From positions 21,824,001 through 21,888,000 of the forward strand of contig NW_027361706.1 of assembly GCF_039654945.1 (NCBI RefSeq): a stretch of 64,000 bases of DNA, read 5' to 3'. Positions 1-12,087 of the stretch are shown one piece after another. The DNA is from Dendrobates tinctorius (lineage: Eukaryota). The first letter of the stretch is position 1; every line of letters starts with the position of its first letter. Below the pieces are notes generated by a model. It did no database searches, was not told the origin of the DNA, and was given only the letters and a program-made list of their open reading frames with translations. Both the position numbers and the translations under genes were made by a program.

Positions 1-896
1 TCCATGGTAAAGGAGTTAGCCTGGGTTAGAAAAACATGACTGCTTGCGTTCTTTCAGCAACAGCACCACCCCTAGCTCTAGGTTGTGCTTGGTATTGCAG
101 TTTACTTCCATTCACTTCTATAGGGCAAGGATGTAATATCTGACACAACCCATTGTAGAGGTTTATGCTGAAAGAAAGCCGCCATATTTTTCTAATTTTG
201 GAAACCCCTTTTAAGTATTCTCTAGAAATTATTTGATCACATGCTATATACAACATCCACTGAAGAATGCAGAATTCTGTAAGAAAGTGCAATATGGCTG
301 TCTTTATTGAAATACACCACACCCCATTGTTGCTGGTTTTCCCTTTTCATATGTTGTGATACCATTGGGTTGCAGAGGTCTAAAATAAGAAGCGCAAGGT
401 GTATTATGTGATCGGTTGCTGAGATGCCTTCATCGCTCGTAACCGCTGCAGTAAATCACTGAACTCGGTGGTTCATGCAGTCTACATCAGCAGAACTGCC
501 GAGTCCAGCGTTCGGCTGCAGTGGTTATTAGCATTGTAGACCTGATGTTACGGAAGCCAATCAATTGGAGCCGCAGTAGAGAGAGAGCGCTGGATCCTGG
601 GAGGGTGAATAACGGCCTCGATTGTTATTTTAGATGGGTACAACTCTTTTCTAATAATTTTAAGGTGTCCACGTTGCTTGAATATCATCCGGATCCACTG
701 ATTTTTGAACTGAACCAGCGATCATTTAATGTGTATGGGGGTGTCCTAACTTCCTGGATTAAAAATGCTATTAATTTGCAGATATGTGGTTAATCGGCAG
801 GTCTCTTGCAACATCATGCTCAAAGTCAGTTGTTCCTGGTTGATTTTTAGTTATCGCAGCCCCTCATTTGTCTTTAATTTTGCTCTCTCATATTAG

Positions 897-1014
897 CGCA
901 TAGGCCCCAAGATGCTTGACCACGAAGGCAAGGAAGTTCCAGGAAACAGAGGCTACAAGTACTTTGGAGCCGCCAAAGACCTGCCTGGAGTTCGGGAGCT
1001 TTTTGAAAAAGAAC
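897..1014 (+). CDS. ISY1: ISY1 splicing factor, internal coding exon (upstream exons lie outside the window)
   Basis: tattAG|CGC...GAA C|GTAAGA; translates [39 protein letters not shown], the conserved Isy1 motif; 118 nt. Confidence 0.97.
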
Positions 1015-2685
1015 GTAAGATATTTTTTTTTTTTTGTCCCTTAAGGCCCAGTTAGACAGGCTGATTACAACCATTAAACACCTGCCAATTGACTATATCG
1101 AAACTGATCGGCGGTCGTGTCCTGGCTTTTCACATGAACTATGTGCACAGATCGATTGTTAATAAGATCGTTCTGGGCATACAGAACATTATCATTGGCA
1201 CGGACAATGTGTTGCCTATAATGCAGCTCGGGGTCCCCTATAGAAGTCCTCCCTCCCGAGGTCCCTGCTTGACGATTCTGCAGGCTGTATTATAGTCCAG
1301 AGCTGCACTCGCTATTCCTTGCTGTCTCTGTGGCACATGCTCTGGTGATTTGGATTGGGTGTGTAACATGGTACACTTTATTAATAGAAGTAAAGGTGGC
1401 TTCACGTCTACCACCATCACAGATTTTGGGAAAAATATCAACACATGCAGCACAATTTTATTTTCTGATAACAAAAGACCTAACGGGACCCCATTGTAAT
1501 CAGTGAGGATCTATTGGCCTCAGTCATGCTACAGATTTGGCGCTGACGTTACTTTAGGCTTTCTACTGAAATAACGGAACAGAAAACCCGAAATACGACG
1601 ACGCAGATGTGCTCTCAACCTTGCATCTTTCTGTGCTTTTTATTCCCCCCTCCCCATCCTCCTAACTGCCCCATACACAATAGTGTAAAGTCAGACGACC
1701 CCGTTGATATTGACGGGTTTGGTTGACCGTCTGAATGTGGTGGTCCTCAATACTGTGTTGTAGGAGGTAAGGGTCCGGCATGTCTGACTTTAGAATTCCA
1801 ATCCTTTTGCTGTCAGAGTTCTGGTAACGTCCGTTCCAGCATTTTATGAACATTCCTCAGGCTGTAATTAACTCATGATTAAATTGGATTAACTAAAATT
1901 TGAATGGTTTCATTTTTCCACTGTAAGGAAGTTTATTATTGAATTTGGATAAATCAACTATAATGCATGAGCCGCTCGCTGATTGCGGAGGTGCTGCACC
2001 AGCTCAGTCACATGAGACAAGATCCCCTGACCGTAAATTTGTTCCAACCAATGCTTTTTTTGGGCTGTAAATGGATTAAGCCTTGAGCCCGAATGCATAG
2101 ACGTGATCTCTGCAACCTTTTAGCTATGTGGGTCACTTTTGTAAGTGTTGTCCTATATTGGTGCATACGGTCGTCATAGAGAGGGTGGGTCCCTAATCCA
2201 GGACACCTCTCTGAGCCTGAGCTCACGAAAAGCAATTTTCGCTCTATAGGACCCATTTACTCGACTAGCGGGTACATTTTCCATGCAATTTCCACTGCAA
2301 TTGACCAGACACCCCTTCCCCCTGCTAATACCAGCTGGTAATAGGTGGGTTTCTGAAGCCAGATTTTCTATAATCTGCTTCTCTATATGAAAAAGAAAGG
2401 TGTCTTATAAAGGCGGTGTTGTATAACACTCAGCTAATTGTAATCAACACTAGTGGCCCCCCAGGGTCTTTCATACTGAAAGCAAGTCACTTTTTTTTTT
2501 TCTTTTTTTTAAAGATTTTTTGAAGTGGTGCTTCTTTTTTTTTTTTTTTTTACTTGTGTTGTGAAGCACAAGAGCCTTGAAGCTGTCATTAAAAAAAAAA
2601 AAAAAAAAAAAAAAAGTGAAAAGGATTCGGTTTATGACTCTGACAAATGTTATTTTTGTATATAATTGTATTTTTTTTATTTTAG

Positions 2686-2808
2686 CTGCTCCTCCACCCC
2701 GAAAAACACGTGCTGAGCTGATGAAAGAGATTGATGCAGAATATTATGGGTACAGAGATGAAGATGATGGTGTGTTGGTCCCTCTGGAGCTGGAGGAGGA
2801 GAAGCGAG
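2686..2808 (+). CDS. ISY1: ISY1 internal coding exon
   Basis: tttttAG|...|GTACAG; (P)APPPRKTRAELMKEIDAEYYGYRDEDDGVLVPLELEEEKR; phase 1 matches the previous exon. Confidence 0.96.
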
Positions 2809-3014
2809 GTACAGTAATGCTTTTCACGCTATGGACACTCTACATTCCCAAAGCTTCAAGATGGTCTGGCAGGAGTTCTGATACTTGGGTCTTTAATCTC
2901 CCTCGCAGAATGGCAAAAATTTTATAATTGAGACTTTTGTGTATGTGTATATATTTTTTATAATTGATTACACGTCTTAATTATAAAGTTACTGATAAAA
3001 TATATATATACATA

Positions 3015-3195
3015 CATAGTGGGCCATTTATATGGATACACCTAAATAAAATGGGAATGGTTGGTGATATCAACTTCCTGTGTGTGGCACATTAGTATAT
3101 GGGAGGGGGAAAACTTTCAAGATGGATGGTGGCCATTTTGGATCCAACTTTATAAATGACCCACCCAGGTGTATCCATATAAATGGCCCACCCTG
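3015..3195. mobile_element. Tc1/mariner-type MITE
   Basis: TIRs GTGGGCCATTTATATGGATACACC / GGTGTATCCATATAAATGGCCCAC ending CTG|TA; same family at ~33690-34255. Confidence 0.75.
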
Positions 3196-3303
3196 TATGT
3201 AGGTGTGTGTGTGTGTATGTATATACATATCATGTGATGTTAATGTTTGTGGAACGCTTTAATATTCTGGTGGGTTCACCCATGGCCTGAATATTTTTTT
3301 CAG

Positions 3304-3416
3304 CTATTGCTCAGGCCGTGGAAAAATGGAGACTGGAGAAGGAGGCCCGTCTGGCCTCTGGGGAGAAGAATGAGGAGGAGGAAGAAGTTAATATCTATGC
3401 AGTGACTGCTGATGAC
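3304..3416 (+). CDS. ISY1: ISY1 internal coding exon
   Basis: ttttcAG|...|GTAGGT; AIAQAVEKWRLEKEARLASGEKNEEEEEVNIYAVTADD; phase consistent. Confidence 0.93.
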
Positions 3417-3438
3417 GTAGGTGCACTCTTCAGTTTAA

Positions 3439-4767
3439 CCCTTTCATGACCCACGACGTATTTATGTAAACGGCCTTGTCCCTACTTTGATGCAGGATCA
3501 AGCGCTGAGCCCGCGTCTTTCCCTTCATTTGCTGGCTGATTTAATCAGCCATCAAGTTCCTTTAACAGCCGCTATTAACCAGTTAAATGCCACTGTCAAT
3601 CACTGACAGCGGCATTTAACAAGTGCATATAGGAAGACTGTCGCGTCATCGTAGGGTGCCGATGGGTTGTCATGACAGCCGGAGGTCTGCTAAATACCCT
3701 TATGCCTATCATTATGATCTTCCTGTGAACGCCGGACCCTGGCCGGTGTTTATAACCTGGTTGTGAATTTTGCTATACTTAGCAAGGCTGAAGAACTGCT
3801 ATGTATGGAAGAGAGGAGATCAGATGATTGCAGCTTCAAGTCTCCAAAGGGGGGCTATTGAAGTCAGTAAAAATCATCCAATTTTGGCCCATTGCAAGTT
3901 AAAGTATTAAAAATACACTTGTTATTGTTGTGTTCGTAAAAGTTTGATGTATCAAAATATGAAGTACCGTATATACTCGAGTATAAGCCTAGATTTTCAG
4001 TCCATTTTTTTGGGTTGAAAGTCCCCCTCTCGGCTTATACTCGAGTCACATACACCAGGGGATCGGCGGGGGTGTCAGGCCATACTTACGGTAAATCAAA
4101 TAAAATTAAAAAAAAAAAAGTATTTCCATTTTCCCGTTAGGGCTGGGGTTAGGGCTGGGGTTAGGGTTAGGGGTGTGTTGGGGTTAGGGTTGGAGTTAGA
4201 ATTGGGGGGATTCCACTGTTTGGGCACATCAGGGGCTCTCCAAACGCAACATGGTGTCTGATCTCAATTCCAGCCAATTCTGCGTTGAAAAAGTCAAATG
4301 GCGCTCCTTCCCTTCCAAGCTCTGCCTTACACCCAAACAGTGGTTTACTCCCACATGATGGGGTATCAGCATACTCGGGACAAATTGTACAAGAACTTTT
4401 GGGGTCTAATTTCTCTTGTTACCCTTGGTAAAATAAAAAAAAAAAATTGAACATGTGGGAAATGTTACTACGTATTTTGTGCGCCATGTTTCTGTGATTT
4501 AAGGGCATGAAAATTCAAAATTCAAAGATTGCAAAATGTTCAAAATTTTTGCCAAATTTCTGTTTTTTTTTTCCACAAATAAACACAAGTCTTATCAAAT
4601 AAATTTTACCACTAACATGAAGCACAATATGTCCCGAGAAAACATTGTCAAAATCACCGGGATCCATGGAAGCGTTCCAGAGTTATGACCTCCTAAAGGG
4701 ACAGTGGTCAGAATTGTAAAAATTGGCCCGATCATTAACGTGCCAACCACCCTTGGGGGTAAAGGGG
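3439..4767. mobile_element. TTAA-flanked piggyBac-like non-autonomous element (composite, deleted copy)
   Basis: TTAA|CCCTTT ... AAAGGGG|TTAA; 4110-4767 is the reverse complement of parts of the 52531-56029 element; pogo-like fragment at ~3966-4090; TTAGGG-like run at 4136-4198. Confidence 0.7.
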
Positions 4768-6027
4768 TTAAATGTGATTACTGGCAAAGCTCACTGCGTC
4801 CTTAAGAGGTTATACATTGGGAAAAGAGCACAAAAATTTCAGTCTGATAATGAAGAATTAATTCCAGGAAAGGAGAGGAAAGAGGCGAGCGTATGCCTCC
4901 AGTTACTTTGTTATGTCATTAGTGGCTGGCTAGAAAATCAGAGGCGGCTGTAGGGATAGTAATGGAGTTACATGCGGCTCATGACGGAGACGACGGCGTC
5001 TTGCATTTGTTGATGGAAGTTGCAGTTGGGTTATGTGCACACAACATCTTTCAGGCAGGCCCGCTACGAGACCCACCTGAAAAAGTGACCAGAAAACACT
5101 CCAATGAATGAACGCATGCATTTCTGTGTTTTGAGCATCTTTTAACCAACGTGACCATTCTTCAGGTGGCCTCTGCCTTAAAGAAAGCAACTTTGACATT
5201 GTTGAATGGAGTTAGAAAAAAGAAACTTATGGAAAACGCCATTAAAAATGATGCAGCAAAAATGCTCCAGGTTGCCAGCAGTCAGCCAAGTGTTCAGGAA
5301 ACCAGCAAACCCACCGCGGTTTCCTCTTGAATAAGTCGCCGTTCGGTCGCCTGAGATAGGCCAACGTGTGCTGCACATGTACATAGGCTTCGTTCACATG
5401 TCAGTGATTGACATACAAGTGCTATCTGTGTTTTTCACAGATACACACCTATTATAGTCTATGGGGCAGTTCACATGTTCGTATACTTTTGCGGACTGAG
5501 TGATTTGCAGCGAAAAATGGCAACGTTTAATTTTGATCCATGTCGTGGATGAAACTCGTCAATGCAAGTGTGTGGGTCTGTGAAAAAATCCGACAGCACT
5601 TGGATTATTTCCTTATGCCATCCGTGTGTTGTCTTTCAGTGATGGTTTTATCCTACCAAGTTTCTCGAAAACAGGACAGGGTCTTATTTTATATTTTGCT
5701 CTGAAAGATGGGCTATGGTTTTATTTTTTCAGGAGTTGTGTATTTTATGTTTTTTTTTTCCATAAAAGACAATCCATTTATTTGTGAACAAAAAAATAAA
5801 CTGACATTTATTCAAATGTAATGTCAAAATTTCAAAAAGGAAAGTAGGCCGATGCAAAAGTTTGGGCACACTGCATGATTGCTACCTAGTAGCACTCCCT
5901 TTTGTAAGTATCACAGCATGTAAACACTTTTTGTAGCCAGCCAAGAGTCTTTCAATTCTTGTTTGAGGGATTTTCATACATTTTTTCCTTGGAAAATTAT
6001 TCCAGTTCTGTGAGATTCCTGGGCCGT

Positions 6028-7178
6028 TGTGGAGAAACAGGGTCAGTGGGTGCTCTTGTCCGCTGGCCTGGCTGCCTTTAGAAAGACTGCATGGACCAGG
6101 GCTCATACCACTGAACGCCCGCTCTATCTCACCGTGGGCAACATACTACACAGACAACACAGGGTTAGGGTAAAACAGTGTGGCAATACTTTATTGAACC
6201 ACAACACCCAATAGCAAGCAGAACAATCCCAGCAATTACCCCCAACATGGTGCACATTACAGGGCCTAACCCTACCGCTGACTCGCCTGGATAACGGTAG
6301 ATGTTACGTCAGAGCTCCCAGGATCAATATTCCACCTGTGATATACACACAGAGAAGAGATATTGACAAGCGTAGGGAGATGATCGAGAACAGTCCGTAG
6401 AAGGTCCAAAGCCAGTTGACACAATGTCAGAGCTCCCAGGGTCGCTATTCCACCTGTGATATACACACACAGAGAAGATATAACAACAAGCGTAGGGAGG
6501 TGACAGTCCATACTGTCCATACAAGGTCCAAAGCCAGTTGACACGAGAGTCACCACCTGGCTTATCCGACCATCTCCATGGAACCAGGCGACTAGCGGGT
6601 CCCAAACCTGGCTTTCTCCAAACATATCCATGGTTCAGAGGTGGTCACTGGATCAGATCTGTGTTCTTCCAACTGGAGCCGATCACTCCTAGGTTGTTTC
6701 CCTTAGAATCATAGATCCGTGTCCCTCGTGATGGTGACATGATGAATTGGCTGCCGTCCTCTCTCTCTCGTCCGTTGAGTGTTGTGCAGACTGGTAGCGC
6801 TCTGTGTGATGAGATGAGATCCCGTCTCTCTGTCTCAGGGTCTTTTTATACCCCAGGCAGGTAAGCTATTTTTAGAATTACCCAGTGTCCTTCAGTACAC
6901 CCTCACATCCTTTGCCTATCTACAGTCAACAAACTGGTTATAGAATACAATAAACAATTCGCATATCAGCTCACAATAAGCACACATAAACACACACTAT
7001 GTACAAGACACTATTACAGACTTACACAGTATGTTAAATGGTATGAAAGTCTGTCTTCTTGACCCACCAGACATAAACACTTAAAAGCACAAGCCAATAT
7101 ACAGAAAAAAAACAATTCTTGTGGGTTTACAAAAACATGGTTGTCTGGGAAATTAAGATGCAATCTGGTTTCTTCACA
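6028..7178 (-). mobile_element. Solo LTR (1151 bp)
   Basis: TG...CA ends with inverted termini TGTGGAGAAAC / GTTTCTTCACA; 5-bp TSD GCCGT (6023-6027, 7179-7183); minus-strand TATAAAAA at ~6843-6850 and AATAAA at ~6190-6195; internal ~120-bp duplication at 6305-6545. Confidence 0.88.
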
Positions 7179-7328
7179 GCCGTCTTCCATCCTCTGCTAT
7201 TTAGAGTTCTAGTCACAGATTTTCAATGATGTTCAGGTCAGGGGACTGTGAGGGCAATTGTAAAACCTGCAGCGTGCACCTTTTGAGGTAGTCTATTGTG
7301 GATTTTGACGTGTGTTTAGGATCATTAT

Positions 7329-7600
7329 TAGTGATGAGCGAGTATACTCGTTGCTCGGGTGTCCTCCTGAGTACTTTGGCATGCTCTGAGATTTAGTTTC
7401 TGTCGCTGTATCTGCATGATTTGCAACTACTGGCCAGGCTGAATACATGTGAGCATTGCCTATTTGTTAGGGAATCCCCACATGTACTCAGGCTGTCCAG
7501 CAGCCGCAAATCATGCAGCTGCTTTGACATAAACTAAATCTCCGAGCACGCCAAAATACCCGGAGATCACCCAAGCAACGAGTATACTCACTCATCACTA
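7329..7600. mobile_element. hAT-type MITE
   Basis: TIR TAGTGATGAG(C/T)GAGTATACTCGTTGCT; 8-bp TSD ATCATTAT (7321-7328, 7601-7608). Confidence 0.9.
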
Positions 7601-8325
7601 ATCATTATCCATTTGTAGAAGCCAACCTTTTTTCAACGTCAGCTTTTTTTTACCGATGGTGTTATGTTTGCATCAAGAATGTGTTGAAATTTCATTGAAT
7701 CCATTCTTACCCTCTACCTGAGAAATGCTCCTCATGCCATTGTCTGCAACACAACCCCAAAGCATGATTTATCCACCTCCATGCTTAATGTTTGGCAACA
7801 TGTTGTTTTCCTGTACCCTTTTTTTTCCGCACATACCTTTGATCATTGTGGCAAAAGATTTCTATTTTAACCTAATCGGTCCACAGAACTTGTTTCCAAA
7901 ATTCATCAGGCTTGCTTAATGTTTTCTTCTGCATACTTCTGACACTGAACTTTATATTGAGGATGCAGGAGAGGTTTTATACCGATGACTCCACCATGAA
8001 GGCCATATTTGTGCTGTTGTCTGAACTCAAGTTTACTTAATCTTTCCAAAGTTTTTTTGCAGTCATGCGGGGGGTTCTGATTTGCCTTTCTAGCAATCCT
8101 ATGAGCAGCTCTCATTGAAATTTGGTTGCTCTATCATACCTTATCTTGACCTCCACTGTTCCTGTTATATGCCATTTCTTAATTCCATTTGGAACTGAGG
8201 AAAGGGCAACTTGAAAATGCTTTGCTATCTTCTTATAGCCTTCCTGCTTTGTGGGCGTCCACCATTTTCAGAGTGCTAGGCAGCTGCTTAAAAGAACCCA
8301 TGGCTGCTGTTTTTGGCACAAGAGT

Positions 8326-9045
8326 AATCATAAAATCATAGAATGGTAGAGTTGGAAGGGACCTCCTGGGTCATCTGGTCCAACCCCCTGCTCAAAGAAG
8401 GATTCCCTAAATCATCCCAGACAGATGTCTGTCCAGCCTCCTGTTTGAAGACTTCTATTAAAGGAGAACTCACCATATCTCGTGGCAGCTAATTACACTC
8501 ATTGATCACCCTGTCAAAAAGTTTTTTTCTAATATCTAATGTGTCTCCTCCCATTCAGTTTCATCACATTGCTTCTGGTCTTTCTTTGTGCAAATGAGAA
8601 TAAAGATGATCCTTCTACAATGTGACAGGCCTTGAGATATTTGTAGACAGGTACTAAGTCTCCTCTCAGCCTTCTTTTTGCAAGCTAAACATTCCCAAAT
8701 CCTGCAACCTTTCCTCATAAGACAGGGTTTGCAGACCGGTCACCATTCTGGTCGCTCTTCTCTGAACTTGCTCCAGTTTGTTGATGTCTTTTTTAAAATG
8801 TGGTGCCCAAAACTGGACATAGTATTCCAGATGAGGTCTGACCAAAGAGGAGTAGAGGGCAATAATGGCTTGACGTGATCTACACTGTATGCTTCTGTTA
8901 ATACATCCCAGAATTGCATTTGGGTTTTTTGCTGCTGCATCACACTATTGACTCATGTTCAGTTTATGATCTATTAGTATACCCAAGTCTTTTTCACATG
9001 TGCTGTTGCTTAGCCATATTCCTCCCATTCTGTATATATGCTTTT
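8326..9045 (-). mobile_element. CR1 LINE 3' fragment
   Basis: Minus-strand (ATTCTATG)-like CR1 tail at the left end followed by degenerate CR1 ORF2 C-terminal sequence. Confidence 0.88.
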
Positions 9046-10614
9046 TTCGTCAAGATATACTATATCTACAGTATTTCCCTGATCCACCCAGACAGTATAT
9101 ATTTTTTAGGCCTTAGAGATCATTTCATCTTCAATTTACTTAACTGTTCTCAATAATAGCAATTTTGACCAGGGGTGCCCAAAGTTTTACATGTCACTGT
9201 ATATGTTTGTGACCAGTTAAGGTCCTTTAACTTTGGGAGTCTAGAGAAACAAGACTGGCATATACTGTAAGTGCAGTGTGTGTATTTGCACTTGCCCAGT
9301 TTGGTTTCCCCTAATTCCAGCCCTGTCTGTAACTAAGGCGTATTTCTCTATCACTTCATTGGGGGACACAGAAACCATGGGTGTATGCTGCTGCTACTAG
9401 GAGGCTGACACTATGTACAGAAAAAAGTTAACTCCTCCTCCGCAGTATACACCCCACCGACTGGCACTAATTTCCTCAGTTTAGCTCAGTGTCAGTAGGA
9501 GGTGGACACGGGTCTTTCATTAGACCCATATCTACCTCAGTGTGCGTCGTTTTCTTTTCAGGTTTTGCCGAGGGATACAGAGTGATTGGTCACATCTGTA
9601 GTCCCACAACAGGCTATGAGTACGGCGTGTACTGCCACCCCGTATCCTCATAGCTCTCCACGGAAGGACCAAGAGCCCCGAGCACGGACGCGTGTCAGGC
9701 GATCTAACTGGTCCTCTTCCCCCGTCACTCGCCCACCAGAGCCTGTCGGTCCGGAAGAGACGCGGACATCCTTCGGCTGGACGATAGAGGTACATCTTCC
9801 TCCACAGGTGCAGAAGACTTTGAAGAGCAGCAGGACTAGGTAGAGGGTATGTATGGGACCCCTGAGTGGCATTTTCCCCCATCAGCATCCTCCCCGGCTG
9901 CACTTATCTCAGTGTTTGTTAGCAGCCGGGCTGCAGTCATGGCTCCTTTTCCCCCCTATCTCGGCTCCCCTCAACAGCCCCTTCCTCTCCCTGAATCTCC
10001 TCACCTCCTCCCCGGCTGCACTTTTCATAGGGCTCGTTAGCAGCCTGGCTACAGGCTTGGCTCCTTTGAGAAGCGATCGCCGCTGCAGTGCGGCGCTGTC
10101 TCTGCGCCGCCCCACGCTTCCCGGCGGCCGCTGCATCTACTACAGGCCCTGGCTTCACTTTAGGCCTACCTCGGCGTCACGGCCATGCCCCCTGCCTTCT
10201 TCCTTAGTCGGGCTTCTCTCCCGCCCGTTCTAGGCCCGCTCACCACTCTCTTCCTCTGTTTTTGCGTTCCGGGGGCGGCGCTCAGCCCCCTAGTCTGCCT
10301 ATAGGCAGCGGGCGGCGCCATCTAGAGCCTCCTTACTGCGGTCAGCCCCGCCCCCTCCTCCCTGTCTCCTCAAGGAAGCGCGCGCTTTCTTCTACCCGGC
10401 TCTTCTCAGGCTGCCGCCATTTTCTAAGCCTGTCAGCTGGACTCTATCTCCTCCATCGGGGGCCCCGCAGAACCGGTCAAGCTGTACAGCATTGGGGGAC
10501 ACAGCAAGCGTTTGCTGGAAGCATCTACAGGACACCGGACCGTGAGTAAGCTCTGCTCTGCAGACCGACACTCTCCTCTGCCTCCTGTCCCCTAACCTTC
10601 CGGCACTCCTCATT

Positions 10615-12087
10615 ATGTCTAACTCTAAGCCTGATCGTGCTCGTCCCCCTTCTTCCACTTGCACTTTAGTCAAGTTTTTTGCATGTTCTTCTTGCAAACG
10701 CAAACTTCTCTCAGGTCTGTCCACTCCCCTCTGCCTTGACTGCAACAATCCCATTCAGCCCGCCACCCAGGAGCCACCTGTTGCTCCACGTGAGAGTGAA
10801 TCCCCCATTCCTGACTGGGCGTCTTCTCTATCTCAATCAGTGGCGGGATCTCACCAGGGTGTCTCAGTCCTTAGTGGTCGTTCTTGATATGTTGCCCCTG
10901 AACACTTCTGCAGGATCCCGCAGGTCACAAGAGGCTCCATCTGAGCCAGCCAGCATTAGCCGCAAAAGGCCCAGGCAGTATCTCTCTTCGCCCTATCTCA
11001 CCACATAGTCCTTCCCAGCAGTCTCCTTCCCATGCCTCCTCACCTGAGTCAGGCGAGTCGTTCTCGGATTCTCCATCCAAAGAGATTTTGGAGCTGGATT
11101 CGGACCATGACGCGGACATGAAGGTTACGGGACAGAACCTCATTGCAGCGATTAACCACACTTTCGAGATCACAGACTCCCCTGCGAATCCCTCAGATCA
11201 GGAGGTTTCGTTCAGAAGTGCAGAAGCACCTTCCAGAGTTTTCACTTCTCACTCTGAGTTTGGCAAGCTCCTCACCAGGGAAAGCGAAAATCCGACTAGG
11301 CGCTTTCAAAGAGGGAAGCGTTTCGGCGTGCTGTATCCATTTTCTCAAGAGCTCGCCAACAACTGGTCGGCTTCCCCCTCTGTAGACGCTCCCGTGTCTA
11401 AACTATCTAACAACACGATCCTTCCGATTTCAGGTGTGGCGTCTCTGAAGGATTCTAATGACAGAATCATAGAATCCTTAGCAAAGTCAGCATTCGAAGC
11501 GGCTGCGACGGTGCTAAGTCTGGCCTTTGCTTCCACTTGGGTAGCAAAGGCCATAGCTACTTGGGCGGAGGATCTCCGCCAAGGCATTCTTGATGGAGCC
11601 CAACCAGAGCGACTGGCCGAGCTAGTCAACCAGATTTCCCATGCAGGGGAATATTTGGTCTCTGCCTCCTTAGATGCCACGTCTTGTGCAGCTCAAGCGT
11701 CCAGCAACGTAGTTGCAATCCGGCGTACAGTTTGGCTCATGGCTTGGCAGGCTGATTTGTCATCAAAAAAGTCCCTTACCAATCTGCCTTTTCAGGGAGC
11801 GCGTCTCTTCGCATCCCAGCTGGACCAGATTATTAAGGACGCCACTGGGGGGCACAAGTTCTCTTCTCCCTCAGTCCAAACCTCGTAGACCCCCTCCAAG
11901 GCGTCCGTTTCGGCCCTTTCGGCCTTTCCGCCGCCTCGCTACGGCAGAATCTTTCTCCAACCAACAAAGGCCACAAGCACGCCAGGATAGGAAGAAGGTC
12001 TCCTTTAGGCCCACTCCCTCCTGGCGATCTCACTCCTCCCAGGGCAGATCCTCCAGGTCCCGAACTGGACGGTCCACATCGGCATGA
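10615..12087 (+). pseudogene. DIRS1 ORF1 (gag-like), frameshifted
   Basis: CxxC...CxxC N-terminus (CSSC..CLDC); conserved WSASPSVDAPVSKL, RRTVWLMAWQAD and LPFQGARLF blocks spread across ORFs 10615, 11088 and 11713. Confidence 0.85.

Larger units (their letters stand above)
5850..9199 (-). mobile_element. Tc1-family DNA transposon with a degenerate transposase (5882-8301) interrupted by three insertions
   Basis: Minus-strand fragments [46 protein letters not shown] and KIPQTRIERLLAGYKKCLHAVILTKG; repeat motifs CAAAAGTTTGGGCAC / GTGCCCAAAGTTTTACATGTCACTG|TA. Confidence 0.9.

Noticed and set aside
2577-2685. Poly-Lys N-terminus of ORF 2577-2927 and similar poly-K/F ORFs elsewhere
   Set aside because: Intronic poly-A/T runs read in frame; only 2686-2808 is exon.
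9532-10560. Cluster of overlapping ORFs in GC-rich DNA suggesting a host gene or CpG promoter
   Set aside because: Lies within the DIRS1 5' region; no recognisable protein.
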